Assembly (NCBI RefSeq): GCF_001644705.1
Contig: NZ_CP015137.1
Span: 3,030,001 to 3,062,000 of the forward strand
Direction: 5' to 3'
Source of the DNA: Dickeya solani IPO 2222
GTDB taxonomy: Bacteria; Pseudomonadota; Gammaproteobacteria; Enterobacterales; Enterobacteriaceae
Length of the DNA: 32,000 nt
The notes beneath the pieces are model-generated. The model was not told the DNA's origin and did no database searches. It worked only from the letters and a program-made list of their open reading frames with translations. Below, piece by piece: positions 1-8,091 of this stretch. The stretch's first letter is position 1, and each line of letters starts with the position of its first letter. A program made the translations under genes and the position numbers.

Positions 1-2202
1 GCGGTAGCCGAGCCGGAAACGGGCACCGTCCGCCCGTTGCCACTGCACCACCCGGTCCTGCCTGTCGTAGCGTAACTGCTGGGTACGGCTCTCGGCGTCA
101 GTGGCGCTCAGCAGCCGCTGACGGTGGTCGTACTGCAACCGGGCCTGCGTGTCACCGGCGGCGTCGCTTACCTGGGTCAGCAGGCCGTAGCGGTTCCAGG
201 TGAATCGTACCTCGCTGGCATCCGGACCGGTCAGCCGCTTCGGGTTACCCTCGGCGTCGTACACCCAGCCCCACTCGCGTCCCAGCGGGTCGGTGACGCC
301 GCACAGCCGCTCGGCGGCGTCGTAGTCGTACTGCCACTGATGGCCGCTGGCGTCGGTAAAGGTGCTGACCCGCCCGGTATCGTCCAGATAGGTGAATTCG
401 ACCACCCGCCCGGCGGGCGAGATTTCCCGCAGCAGGTTGCCAACCTCGTCGTACTCGTAGCGGGTGACGTGGCCGAGCGGGGATTTTTCCCAGCTCATCA
501 GATGCAGGTCGTTGAAGCCGAATTCGCTGCGCTGGCCGAGGCCGTCGGTCATCACCACCCGGTCGGGCAGGTAGTCGAAACGGGCGGTCAGAAAACCGTC
601 GGCGCAGGTGGTGTAGACGCAACGCCCCTGCGCGTCGTATTCGTAGCGCGCCCAGGTCTGGTCGTTGTCGTGCCAGCGGGTCAGCCGGTGGACGGCGTCG
701 TACTCGTAATAGAGGTGATAGGCCTGGGTGGCGTCCGCTTCCACCAGTCGGCCCTGTTCGTCCTGGCGGTACTCGGCCAGCAACGTCTTCTGGCCGCCAT
801 CGATGCGTTGTATCTGGTGAAGGTACTCGCCCTGCCACACCAGCAGCAGGGTGACGCCGTCGCTGTGGCGCACCTGGCGCAGGTAGCCTTTCGGGTCGCG
901 CACCAGTTCGATGCGGTTGTCGTGGGTATCGTGAATGGCCGACAGCAACCGGCGCTCGCCCTGTATCACGCTAAAATCGCGCCAGGTCTGCTGGTCGCGG
1001 TGCCACAGGCTGAAGCCGTCGCCCCGGCGGTGCAGGGTAAATTCGGGGTAGTGCGGGCAGTACACCGCCTGCACGTCCTGATGGAAGATGAAATCGATGT
1101 CGTAGCCCTGCGCCAGCGTGATGACCACGTGGGTGTTGAGGCCGTCGCGCGTCACCGTCGCCACCTCGCTCCAGTTGTCGTGCCAGCCGTGGCCCAGCAG
1201 CCCGACATGCACGGAGGCGGAGCGGTAGGTCCGCTCGAACACCAGCGGCAGCGTCTGGCCCAGCGCGATATCGGTACGGGATTCAATCACCTCGCCGCTG
1301 GCGATATAGACCGGGTCTTTGAGGAAACCGCGCACCGCTTCCGTGACACGCGACAGTCCCCTGCTGTTGCGAAATCCGTCACTGGCGCAACTGACCGCCT
1401 CCCGCAGTCCTCTCAGCGTGGTTGCAGCACCCGCGCGCATCCCCCGCAGCACCGCCATCGGCCCACGGGTGAACAGTTTCCCCAGCCCCTTGAACATGCC
1501 GCGGCTGGGCGGCACCAGAAACTCCACCGCAATCAGCAGCGCTCGTTGCAGTGCGGTAAATTCTTCAGCAATCTCCAGATAGGTGCCCTGCCCGGAGCCG
1601 AAAAATACCGTCGAGGCGCCTTCCTTGAGGGTGGCGCCACACACGGTTTTATCGTCGATACGGGCGGCTGGCGCGTCGTTCACGAACACCGACTCGCTGC
1701 CCTGGGCAATCAGTTGCGGGCTGTTGTGCCGGGTGCAGGCCACGGTGTCCTGGGTGGCGCGGGCCACCGGCTGTTTTTCGACAAACACGTTGCCGGAGCC
1801 CGACGCCACCGGTCCGAATGATGGCGAGCCGCTGTCCACCATCGCCGACACCTTGCTGGACACCGTGTCTATCAGCCCGCCCAGCAGGCTGACCGCACCA
1901 AATCCGACCGCCAGTTTTACCGCCCCCACCACCAGCGCCGCGCCCATCCCGCCAGTCCCTATCACGGCAACGGCGATAGCGCCCGCCACCGCCGCGGCCA
2001 CGGCAAAAGCGGCGGCCGCCACCAGCGCCCCGGCAATCGCGCCGACGATGGCCCCTTTAAAACTCTTGTGCTTGATGGTCTTGCCCGGCGAGGTCGGCGG
2101 TTTGCCCTGACAGGGCTGTGGCCGGTCGGCGGGCGGATTGGGGCGGTTTCCGGCGTGCATGGCCCCCACCCGGGCCACCCGGCTCAGAATATCGTTGAGC
2201 AT
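1..2202 (-). CDS. Rhs-family T6SS polymorphic toxin, N-terminal 734 codons (prePAAR-like motif, Gly/Ala-rich TM segment, PAAR domain, YD/Rhs repeats). The C-terminal toxin end lies beyond the left edge.
   Basis: Absent from the ORF track because it runs off the window. Manual reverse-strand translation from ATG 2202..2200 (GGGAG SD about 7 nt upstream, 11 nt after the DUF1795 stop) is open for 734 codons down to position 1. It reads MLNDILSRVARVGAMHAG..., then a hydrophobic stretch GAIVGAIAGALVAAAAFAVAAAVAGAIAVAVIG, then a PAAR-like block NVFVEKQPVARATQDTVAC...VFVNDAPAARIDDKTVCGA. YD repeats follow: RYEYDAQGR, RYEYDEVGNL, QYDYDAAERL, WVYDAEGNP, LRYDRQDRV. Confidence 0.9.
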   Translation of the reverse strand, partial: MLNDILSRVARVGAMHAGNRPNPPADRPQPCQGKPPTSPGKTIKHKSFKGAIVGAIAGALVAAAAFAVAAAVAGAIAVAVIGTGGMGAALVVGAVKLAVGFGAVSLLGGLIDTVSSKVSAMVDSGSPSFGPVASGSGNVFVEKQPVARATQDTVACTRHNSPQLIAQGSESVFVNDAPAARIDDKTVCGATLKEGASTVFFGSGQGTYLEIAEEFTALQRALLIAVEFLVPPSRGMFKGLGKLFTRGPMAVLRGMRAGAATTLRGLREAVSCASDGFRNSRGLSRVTEAVRGFLKDPVYIASGEVIESRTDIALGQTLPLVFERTYRSASVHVGLLGHGWHDNWSEVATVTRDGLNTHVVITLAQGYDIDFIFHQDVQAVYCPHYPEFTLHRRGDGFSLWHRDQQTWRDFSVIQGERRLLSAIHDTHDNRIELVRDPKGYLRQVRHSDGVTLLLVWQGEYLHQIQRIDGGQKTLLAEYRQDEQGRLVEADATQAYHLYYEYDAVHRLTRWHDNDQTWARYEYDAQGRCVYTTCADGFLTARFDYLPDRVVMTDGLGQRSEFGFNDLHLMSWEKSPLGHVTRYEYDEVGNLLREISPAGRVVEFTYLDDTGRVSTFTDASGHQWQYDYDAAERLCGVTDPLGREWGWVYDAEGNPKRLTGPDASEVRFTWNRYGLLTQVSDAAGDTQARLQYDHRQRLLSATDAESRTQQLRYDRQDRVVQWQRADGARFRLGYR

Positions 2203-2213
2203 CGTGACTCCCT

Positions 2214-2621
2214 TCAGGACGCGGCGTTAAACGTCTCGATGACCGCCAGCAGCGCGGTTTTCTGTTCCGTCTTCAGCTCACCGGCGGCGGTAATAGTAAA
2301 GGTCAGCAGCAGCTCACCGCGCACCTGCATCACCACCACCTGGTGCATCGGCCCCTCCGGCGAGCGCCAGGTATATTCCAGCCCGCGTGCGGGTTGACCA
2401 TCCAGCGTCAGTTCCCAGGCAGCGCGCTCTTCATACCCTTTCAGGTGGGCGGAAAACTGCGCCAGCGTCTGTTCATACACCGTATCCGGCGACAGGCCGA
2501 ACGCAATCGGCGTGCGGTTGACCACCAGATTGGCGGTATCGCCGGGCAGCACAAACACGTGCAGCGACTCGTCGCGCCAGCCCGCCGGAATAGCCAGGGT
2601 GCCTTCGTTCATCTGATACAT
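2214..2621 (-). CDS. DUF1795 (Eag-family) T6SS effector chaperone/adaptor
   Basis: 135-aa ORF beginning MYQMNEGTLAIPAGWRDESLHVFVLPGD, a typical DUF1795/Eag N-terminus. It lies between vgrG and a TM/PAAR-Rhs gene, which is the canonical position for Eag chaperones. A GGGAG SD lies in the 13-nt gap after the vgrG stop. Confidence 0.8.
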   Translation of the reverse strand: MYQMNEGTLAIPAGWRDESLHVFVLPGDTANLVVNRTPIAFGLSPDTVYEQTLAQFSAHLKGYEERAAWELTLDGQPARGLEYTWRSPEGPMHQVVVMQVRGELLLTFTITAAGELKTEQKTALLAVIETFNAAS

Positions 2622-2634
2622 GCGTGCTGCTCCC

Positions 2635-4488
2635 TCAGTTCAAATCGATACGGGTGCCGTTCAGCACCAACCCTTTACCGGTAATGGAAATGTTGCCGTC
2701 CTTGTCGATGGCGATGAAGCCGCCGGCGGTGGCAATCAGGACATCGCCGCTCTGGGACTGGATGGCGATATTGTTTTTCACCTGCAGCGACTCGTTGTCG
2801 TTGACGGTGGTGTTGCGGTTTTGGGTCACCGCGACGGTCTGCTCGCCCTGAATCTCGGTGACCTGATTTTCCTTCACCGACACCGTCTGATTGTGCTGCA
2901 CCACTACCGTCTGGTCGCCGCCCACGTTCTCGGTGTGGCTGGCGTTGACCGACGTACTGCGGTTGTTCAGCACCACGGTATTCATGTCCTTCTGGGCGTG
3001 GATAAACACCTCTTCCTGCCCGGCCTGGTCTTCAAAGCGCAGTTCGTTAAACCCGGCGCCCTTGTGGGTCGTGGTGCGCAGCGAGGTGCGGGTCTTGTTG
3101 GCCGGCAGCGGATACGGCGACGGGTTGGTGGCATGGAAGGTGCGCCCGGTCACTATCGGCTGGTCCGGGTCACCTTCCAGAAAGCTCACCACCACTTCAT
3201 GACCGATGCGCGGAATGGCGATTAAGCCGTACTGACCGCCGGCCCAGCCCTGACTGACCCGCACCCAGCAGGAGCTCTGGTCGTCGCTGGCGCCGTAGCG
3301 GTCCCACGGGAACTGCAGTTTGATACGGCCAAATTCGTCGCAGTAAATCTCTTCGCCTGCCGGACCCACCACGGTGGCAATCTGCGGGCCGTCCACCATC
3401 GGTTTGTACGGCAGCGCGGCACGCCAGGTGGTGGTGGCTTTCACCACCTCGAAACTGTTGCTGAGCGTGGTCGGCTCGCCGCCGCTCTCTTCTTCGAGCG
3501 CCTGCGGCTGCTGCCCGCTGTGGGTGACCGCCACCACCTGCCAGGCCAGATTAAACGCCGGGTTCGGGTGCTCGGTCAGGGTAAAGGTGCCACCCGGCAT
3601 CAGTTCGGCGGCATTCGACTCGCCGCTGCCGGTCATCGCCCCGGCACGCAGCGCGTCCAGCCGGTAACCGGTAAACGCCTTGCCGCTCGGGTCCTGCTTG
3701 AAGCGGCCGGGATAATCAAAGTGCTGGTAGGATTCGCGCTGATGGTCCAGCTCGCTGCTCATCTTGTTGTGCAGCAGCCCGTAGGCCGGGGTCTTGAAGC
3801 TGTAGTCCTTCAGCGCCACCTCGGCGGTACTCACCGCTTCGGCGTAACGGAAACGGCGCACGTACGCCCCTTCCGACAAACCTTGCGTGGCAAGATTGAA
3901 GAACAGTTCCGGACCCTTGGTCAGCGCGCCGGCGTCATCGGCAAACACCACCCGGTGCTTGCCGGCGTCGAACTCGTGGAAATAGAACAGCCCTTCTTCC
4001 GCCGCCAGCCGGTTGATGAACGCCAGGTCGCTCTCGCGGTACTGCACACAGTACTCGCGCACCGCGTGCTCATGGCGCAGGGCGAAGGCGTAATCGGTAA
4101 TCCCGACCTCTTCCAGCAGGGTACTGATAATCGCGTCCGGTTTTTGGGTCTGGAAGATACGGGCGTTGGTGCGCAGACCGAGCCGCCACAGCGCCGGGCG
4201 TACTTCCGCCTGATAGCGGGTGCGGCGAAAGCCGGTGTCGCCCTGGGCAAAGCGGCTGACGATGCCGCTGACCCGGCGCTGCAGCTCGCCTTCATACCAC
4301 ACCAGCAGCTCGCACGGCTGGTCCAGCACCGCGCCGAAGTCGATGCCGGGCTGGCTGCTGGCCAGATTCAGCGACAGCACAAACGGCTGGTTCAGCGCCT
4401 CGCTCAGCTCAAAATCCACCACCGCGAAGGTGGTGTCCGGCAACGCGCCGACCTTCACGGTAAACTGTAATCCGGTACTGTTGGCCAC
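2635..4488 (-). CDS. vgrG: VgrG (TssI) T6SS spike protein, short gp27/gp5-only form (617 aa)
   Basis: The N-terminus [36 protein letters not shown]...[28 protein letters not shown] and the C-terminal beta-helix repeats ([35 protein letters not shown]) are typical VgrG. AAGGAGGAAG SD upstream. Confidence 0.95.
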   Translation of the reverse strand: MANSTGLQFTVKVGALPDTTFAVVDFELSEALNQPFVLSLNLASSQPGIDFGAVLDQPCELLVWYEGELQRRVSGIVSRFAQGDTGFRRTRYQAEVRPALWRLGLRTNARIFQTQKPDAIISTLLEEVGITDYAFALRHEHAVREYCVQYRESDLAFINRLAAEEGLFYFHEFDAGKHRVVFADDAGALTKGPELFFNLATQGLSEGAYVRRFRYAEAVSTAEVALKDYSFKTPAYGLLHNKMSSELDHQRESYQHFDYPGRFKQDPSGKAFTGYRLDALRAGAMTGSGESNAAELMPGGTFTLTEHPNPAFNLAWQVVAVTHSGQQPQALEEESGGEPTTLSNSFEVVKATTTWRAALPYKPMVDGPQIATVVGPAGEEIYCDEFGRIKLQFPWDRYGASDDQSSCWVRVSQGWAGGQYGLIAIPRIGHEVVVSFLEGDPDQPIVTGRTFHATNPSPYPLPANKTRTSLRTTTHKGAGFNELRFEDQAGQEEVFIHAQKDMNTVVLNNRSTSVNASHTENVGGDQTVVVQHNQTVSVKENQVTEIQGEQTVAVTQNRNTTVNDNESLQVKNNIAIQSQSGDVLIATAGGFIAIDKDGNISITGKGLVLNGTRIDLN

Positions 4489-4519
4489 CTGACTTCCTCC
4501 TTATTCCCTGTCTGCGTCC

Positions 4520-4553
4520 GCCCTGAGCGATGACCGCCGCCATCGCTCAGGGC
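4520..4553 (-). other. GC-rich 13-bp-stem hairpin in the hcp-vgrG intercistronic region
   Basis: gccctgagcgatg (4520-4532) pairs perfectly with catcgctcagggc (4541-4553), with an 8-nt loop. No U-tract follows on the coding (minus) strand. Confidence 0.5.
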
Positions 4554-4556
4554 AGG

Positions 4557-4590
4557 CTGAAAACGACAACACCCGGACCGGAGTCCGGGT
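4557..4590 (-). terminator. Rho-independent terminator/attenuator immediately after hcp
   Basis: On the minus strand, ACCCGGAC-tccg-GTCCGGGT (4571-4590) is followed by gttgtcgtttt. It starts 11 nt after the hcp stop. Confidence 0.55.
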
Positions 4591-4600
4591 TAACAGGCCA

Positions 4601-5119
4601 TTACGCTTCGATCGGCGCGCGCCAGTCGTCGGAGCCGGAGGTGCCGGCGACGGTGTGCTCCCAGTCCACCTTGCGGTAGGCCAGCGACACTTCGATAAGC
4701 TGGGTGTAATCCTGCTTGGACGGGTCCTGGCAGTGCGGCATCTGGTTGTTGATGTCGACGATGGTGGCGTCGGTCAGGGTGGTGGTGAAGAAGTGCTCCT
4801 GCTTGCCTTCGACAGAGGTGCGATACCACTTCAGGGTCACGGTCGGCAGCATTTCGCCGGACGCCAGCGCGTTATACAGCAGCGGCACAGCTTTGTTCAG
4901 CGCGACGGTGAATTTGAACGGTTTGTGCACGCGCTGACCGGACGGCTGGCCGGACTGCGGGTCGGTCGGCACGGTCACGACGTGGTTGAATTCCTGAACC
5001 AGCATCTCATCTTCGTGGCCCTGCACGTAGATGTTGCCGACGGAGTCGGAGGTGAAGGCACCGGCGGTGATGTTGCCCTGAGTTTTCCCTTCGATGCTGA
5101 TATAGCATGGAGTTGGCAT
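4601..5119 (-). CDS. hcp: Hcp (TssD) T6SS tube protein
   Basis: 172 aa, MPTPCYISIEGKTQGNITAGAFTSDSVGNIYVQGHEDEMLVQEFNHVV...KWYRTS...; canonical Hcp1-family sequence and length. AAGGAG SD upstream. Confidence 0.95.
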   Translation of the reverse strand: MPTPCYISIEGKTQGNITAGAFTSDSVGNIYVQGHEDEMLVQEFNHVVTVPTDPQSGQPSGQRVHKPFKFTVALNKAVPLLYNALASGEMLPTVTLKWYRTSVEGKQEHFFTTTLTDATIVDINNQMPHCQDPSKQDYTQLIEVSLAYRKVDWEHTVAGTSGSDDWRAPIEA

Positions 5120-5216
5120 AGTCTTGCTCCTTGTTGTTGAACGGTTAGGTATGACTTCGCCCGTTCATAAAGCAATGACCATGCCACTTTTTATTTCATT
5201 GTTTTAAAAGGGAAAA

Positions 5217-5243
5217 ATCATACCGCTATTTTCCCTAAGTCAA
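5217..5243 (-). promoter_or_regulatory. Candidate sigma70 promoter for hcp
   Basis: The minus strand reads TTGACT (5243-5238), a 15-nt spacer, then TATGAT (5222-5217), about 100 nt upstream of the hcp ATG. The spacer is short, so this is only a candidate. Confidence 0.3.
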
Positions 5244-5246
5244 ATT

Positions 5247-5339
5247 TGAGCAAAAAGTTGCGCAGATCTCCCGAAAAAACGGCATCCATTGCGCAAACAG
5301 GGATTTATGCTGGAAAGTGAGCAAGAAGTTGCGCAGATT
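5247..5339. repeat. Direct repeat of a 22-mer (2 mismatches, 71-bp period), plus a third TTGCGCA copy between them
   Basis: tgagcaaaaagttgcgcagatc (5247-5268) and tgagcaagaagttgcgcagatt (5318-5339). TTGCGCA occurs at 5258, 5289 (as the palindrome TTGCGCAA) and 5329. Each 22-mer contains the imperfect inverted repeat TGCGCAA-N4-TTGCTCA. Confidence 0.7.
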
Positions 5340-5730
5340 TTGCATTTGTTCTGTTGGTGGTTGTTTTATGAGCGCTAGACACCTGTTTTTATGTGACAAT
5401 TATCACGTAATGTGTTCTGTGCGATCGCTGGAGTCTGGCAGAGGAATGTGTGTCAGGAAGCGCGATAAACAGGAAGCAAGTACATCTACTTCACTCTATT
5501 CGCGGTTGTCTGGTTTTGGTGAAGCTTTGCTGTTGAGGAAAGGCGTTCAGATCCGCCATCCGCACTATTGAGATAATACCGATAGAGGAACATCAGGATT
5601 CCAGCGTGTTTGCAGTACATTGTCACACCGTATATATCCTGCCAATCGATAGAGAAAGGTATTCCGGCATGGGAAAAAGCAGCACTCGATTCGGGTAAGG
5701 ATAGCAGTGCAGGATTTCTTATTTCATTTT

Positions 5731-5768
5731 CTTACAAACAGAAAACCCCTGATGGTGATTCAGGGGTT
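5731..5768 (-). terminator. Rho-independent terminator downstream of ssrA
   Basis: On the minus strand, AACCCCTGA-atcacca-TCAGGGGTT (5768-5744) is followed by ttctgtttg. It lies about 135 nt beyond the mature tmRNA 3' end. Confidence 0.6.
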
Positions 5769-5901
5769 GTCGGGAGAGACGTGAAATGCACGTGCAGTTC
5801 ACGTGCATAATCTAGTCCTTTTATAGTCCAGTCACTGTCAGGCCTGTGTCTTTAATTGGTTGTATTTAAAGACGTTGTTCTGCTGCTGTCCTATCAAATT
5901 T

Positions 5902-6281
5902 GGTGGAGCTGGGGGGAGTTGAACCCCCGTCCGAAATTCCTACACCGTCGGTACTACATGCTTAGTCTGGTCTTTACATTCGCTTGCCAGCTGCGGACAG
6001 ACACGCCACTAACAAACTAGCCTGATTGGATTTAACGCTTCAACCCCAGGCAGGGCATCCACGCGATCTCTTTTAGGTTTGACCTCTCTTGATCCCCGTC
6101 CTAAGAGCGGAGGCTAGGGAGAGAGGACACCTTCAGTTTCTTAGGCTGATTAAGCTGCTAAAGCAGCAGGTGCAAAGTTTTCGTCGTTTGCGACTATTTT
6201 TTTGCGGCTTTTTACGAGGCCAACCGCCCCTCGGCATGCACCTTGGGTTTCGCGAATCCCGTCGAATCCAGAATCAGCCCC
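5902..6281 (-). ncRNA. ssrA: tmRNA (SsrA)
   Basis: The reverse strand starts GGGGCTGATTCTGGATTCGACGGGATTCGCGAAACCCAAGGTGCATGCCGAGGGGCGGTTGGCCTCGTAAAAAGCCGC and ends GGACGGGGGTTCAACTCCCCCCAGCTCCACCA. It is nearly identical to E. coli tmRNA, with compensatory T-arm changes. The tag reading frame GCA AAC GAC GAA AAC TTT GCA CCT GCT GCT TTA GCA GCT TAA lies at 6191-6150. Confidence 0.97.
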
Positions 6282-6294
6282 AAGATATTTTTTC

Positions 6295-6300
6295 ATTATA
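6295..6300 (-). promoter_or_regulatory. Candidate ssrA -10 element
   Basis: A perfect TATAAT on the minus strand lies 13 nt upstream of the mature 5' G. This fits a short 5' precursor leader, as in E. coli. Confidence 0.45.
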
Positions 6301-6331
6301 ACAGAAAGATGGCGCACTAAGCTAGCGACCG

Positions 6332-6814
6332 TTAGCGGGCGGCATTTTTCATGATGCGCGCTTTGTCCAGCTTCCATTCGCGCTCTTTGATATCGTCGCG
6401 TTTGTCGTGTTCTTTTTTACCTTTGGCTACGCCGACCTTGACCTTGCACCAGGCGTTTTTCCAGTACAGCGCCAGCGCCACGACAGTGTAACCTTCACGA
6501 TTGACTCGGCCGTACAGCGAATCCAGCTCGCGCTGGTTTAGCAGCAGCTTGCGGGTGCGCGTCGGGTCGCAAACCACATGACTGGAGGCACCGTGCAGCG
6601 GTGTGAATGTAGCGCCGAAAAGGTAAGCTTCGCCATCACGCATCAACACATAGCTGTCGCTGATATTGGCTTTGCCTGCGCGCAGTGATTTGACTTCCCA
6701 CCCCTGAAGTGCCAATCCCGCTTCAATCTCTTCTTCTATGAAGTATTCATGGCGGGCGCGCTTGTTGAGCGCAATGGTGGCAGAACCGGGTTTATGTGCT
6801 TTTTTCTTTGTCAT
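6332..6814 (-). CDS. smpB: SsrA-binding protein SmpB
   Basis: 160 aa, [55 protein letters not shown]...; near-identical to enterobacterial SmpB and immediately upstream of ssrA. Confidence 0.97.
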   Translation of the reverse strand: MTKKKAHKPGSATIALNKRARHEYFIEEEIEAGLALQGWEVKSLRAGKANISDSYVLMRDGEAYLFGATFTPLHGASSHVVCDPTRTRKLLLNQRELDSLYGRVNREGYTVVALALYWKNAWCKVKVGVAKGKKEHDKRDDIKEREWKLDKARIMKNAAR

Positions 6815-6969
6815 AGTGCCGTCATTATACTGGTTGTCGTCGTGAATGAAATCCCTCGCCGGGATTCATGCCGTTCTTTGTGAACGGGTGCGATACCCCT
6901 CGCAGAATTTTTGTCTGACCGCTTATCGATGGTATTATTTTGCGCGTTTTATGAATCACGGAAAATTGT

Positions 6970-7404
6970 ATGCCTAAAATCAGCCGGTCTGCGCTGGTCC
7001 CGTTCAGTGCCGAGCAGATGTATAAATTAGTGAATGATGTCTCGTCTTACCCGGCCTTTCTGCCTGGATGCACTGGTAGTCGGGTACTGTCTTCCTCCGG
7101 GAGTGAGATGACGGCGGCGGTTGATGTGTCGAAAGCCGGTATCAGCAAGACGTTTACCACCCGCAATACACTTATTGATAATCAATGCATTTTAATGCAG
7201 TTGGTGGACGGCCCGTTCCGTCAGTTGACCGGCGACTGGCGTTTTACGCCACTGAGCGATGACGCCTGTAAGGTAGAGCTGAATCTGGACTTTGAATTCA
7301 AGAATGTGTTGATTGAAATGGCATTTGGCAAGATTTTCAAAGAATTGGCCAACAATATGGTGCAGGCGTTCACCCTGCGCGCCAAAGAGGTTTATTGTGC
7401 CTGA
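6970..7404 (+). CDS. ratA: SRPBCC-family ribosome association/ubiquinone-binding protein RatA (YfjG/PasT)
   Basis: [40 protein letters not shown]... aligns along its full length with E. coli RatA. Conserved position divergent from smpB. Confidence 0.93.
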   Translation: MPKISRSALVPFSAEQMYKLVNDVSSYPAFLPGCTGSRVLSSSGSEMTAAVDVSKAGISKTFTTRNTLIDNQCILMQLVDGPFRQLTGDWRFTPLSDDACKVELNLDFEFKNVLIEMAFGKIFKELANNMVQAFTLRAKEVYCA

Positions 7405-7690
7405 GATTCGTGTCGAAGTGGTCTATGCGCTGCCGGAACGCCAGTACTTGCGACCATTGACGCTGGAAGAGGGGAGCACAGCGGAGCAGGCTATTCAGGC
7501 ATCCGGCTTGCTGGCTCTGCGCCCGGATATCGATCTTGATATCAATAAAATCGGCATTTTTAGCCGCCCGGCGAAATTGACCGATGTACTCAACGATGGC
7601 GATCGGGTGGAGATTTATCGACCGTTGCTGGCAGACCCCAAAGAACTGCGCCGTCAGCGCGCGGAACGTTCAAAAAATAAGGCACGGTAA
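7397..7690 (+). CDS. ratB: RnfH-family ubiquitin-like protein RatB (YfjF)
   Basis: The track ORF 7313.. is over-extended. The in-frame GTG at 7397 gives [18 protein letters not shown]...[24 protein letters not shown], matching the E. coli YfjF N-terminus. It overlaps the ratA stop by 8 nt. Confidence 0.85.
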   Translation: MPEIRVEVVYALPERQYLRPLTLEEGSTAEQAIQASGLLALRPDIDLDINKIGIFSRPAKLTDVLNDGDRVEIYRPLLADPKELRRQRAERSKNKAR

Positions 7691-7707
7691 CGTGCCTTAT
7701 TTTTTTG
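7675..7707. terminator. Bidirectional rho-independent terminator between ratB and bamE
   Basis: aaataaggcacg-gtaa-cgtgccttattt, with T-runs on both strands. It includes the ratB stop codon. Confidence 0.75.
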
Positions 7708-7746
7708 TGGGGTAGCCAGCGAATATTAGCCTTCGGGGCTGTTCAC

Positions 7747-8091
7747 TTACTGTGTCTGTAATGCGGGCTTGTTGTCCACATTAGCCAGCACGCCCTGACT
7801 GTTGAAGGTCAGGGTCAGCGTTTGCTGTTTCACGGCTTCGTGACCCGGTTGCTGACGGAAGACATAGTACCAAGTGTCCGATCCAAAGGGATCCTGCAGC
7901 ATGGGTGTGCCCAACGTGTAGATGACCTGCTGTTTGGTCATTCCGTTGCGGATTTTGGCTACGTCAGCGGTTGCCAGATAGTTCCCCTGATTGATGTCAG
8001 GCCGATAGACTATACGTTCCAGTGTGGAACAACCGGCAGTCAACATAACAACAACCACCGCGGCGACGACAGTCAGCGTTTTACAGCGCAT
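7747..8091 (-). CDS. bamE: Outer membrane protein assembly factor BamE (SmpA) lipoprotein
   Basis: The start is corrected to Met24 of the track [42 protein letters not shown]... has an LTAGC lipobox and matches E. coli BamE. Confidence 0.93.
   Translation of the reverse strand: MRCKTLTVVAAVVVVMLTAGCSTLERIVYRPDINQGNYLATADVAKIRNGMTKQQVIYTLGTPMLQDPFGSDTWYYVFRQQPGHEAVKQQTLTLTFNSQGVLANVDNKPALQTQ

Noticed and set aside
124-1821. 565-aa plus-strand ORF, plus the 1583..2110, 2068..2397 and minus-strand 245..838 ORFs over the left 2.2 kb
   Set aside because: They are shadows of the real minus-strand rhs frame (2202..1), which gives clean PAAR and YD-repeat sequence. Their own translations are Gly/Val/Ala/Arg/Pro-rich and low in complexity.
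2620-4492. Plus-strand ORFs opposite vgrG (2620..3225, 3520..4470, 4220..4492 and others) and opposite hcp (4655..5140)
   Set aside because: They are antisense to unambiguous VgrG/Hcp coding sequence and have no independent homology signal or translation signals.
5247-5268. Possible sigma54 promoter inside the 22-mer repeat (minus strand cTGCGCAacttTTTGCT)
   Set aside because: The -12 TTGC element and the spacing fit TGGCAC-N5-TTGC. However, the nearly invariant -24 GG dinucleotide is replaced by GC (TGCGCA), so a genuine RpoN promoter is unlikely. The repeat is kept as an unexplained motif instead.
5317-5810. Track ORFs 5317..5571 (84 aa) and 5610..5810 (66 aa) in the hcp-ssrA spacer. I also scanned for remnants of a P4-type integrase next to ssrA.
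   Set aside because: Neither ORF has an SD, both have an odd Cys-rich composition, and they overlap the repeats and hairpins. My manual minus-strand translation of 5521-5740 gave only short peptides unrelated to tyrosine-recombinase N-termini. No integrase pseudogene can be supported.
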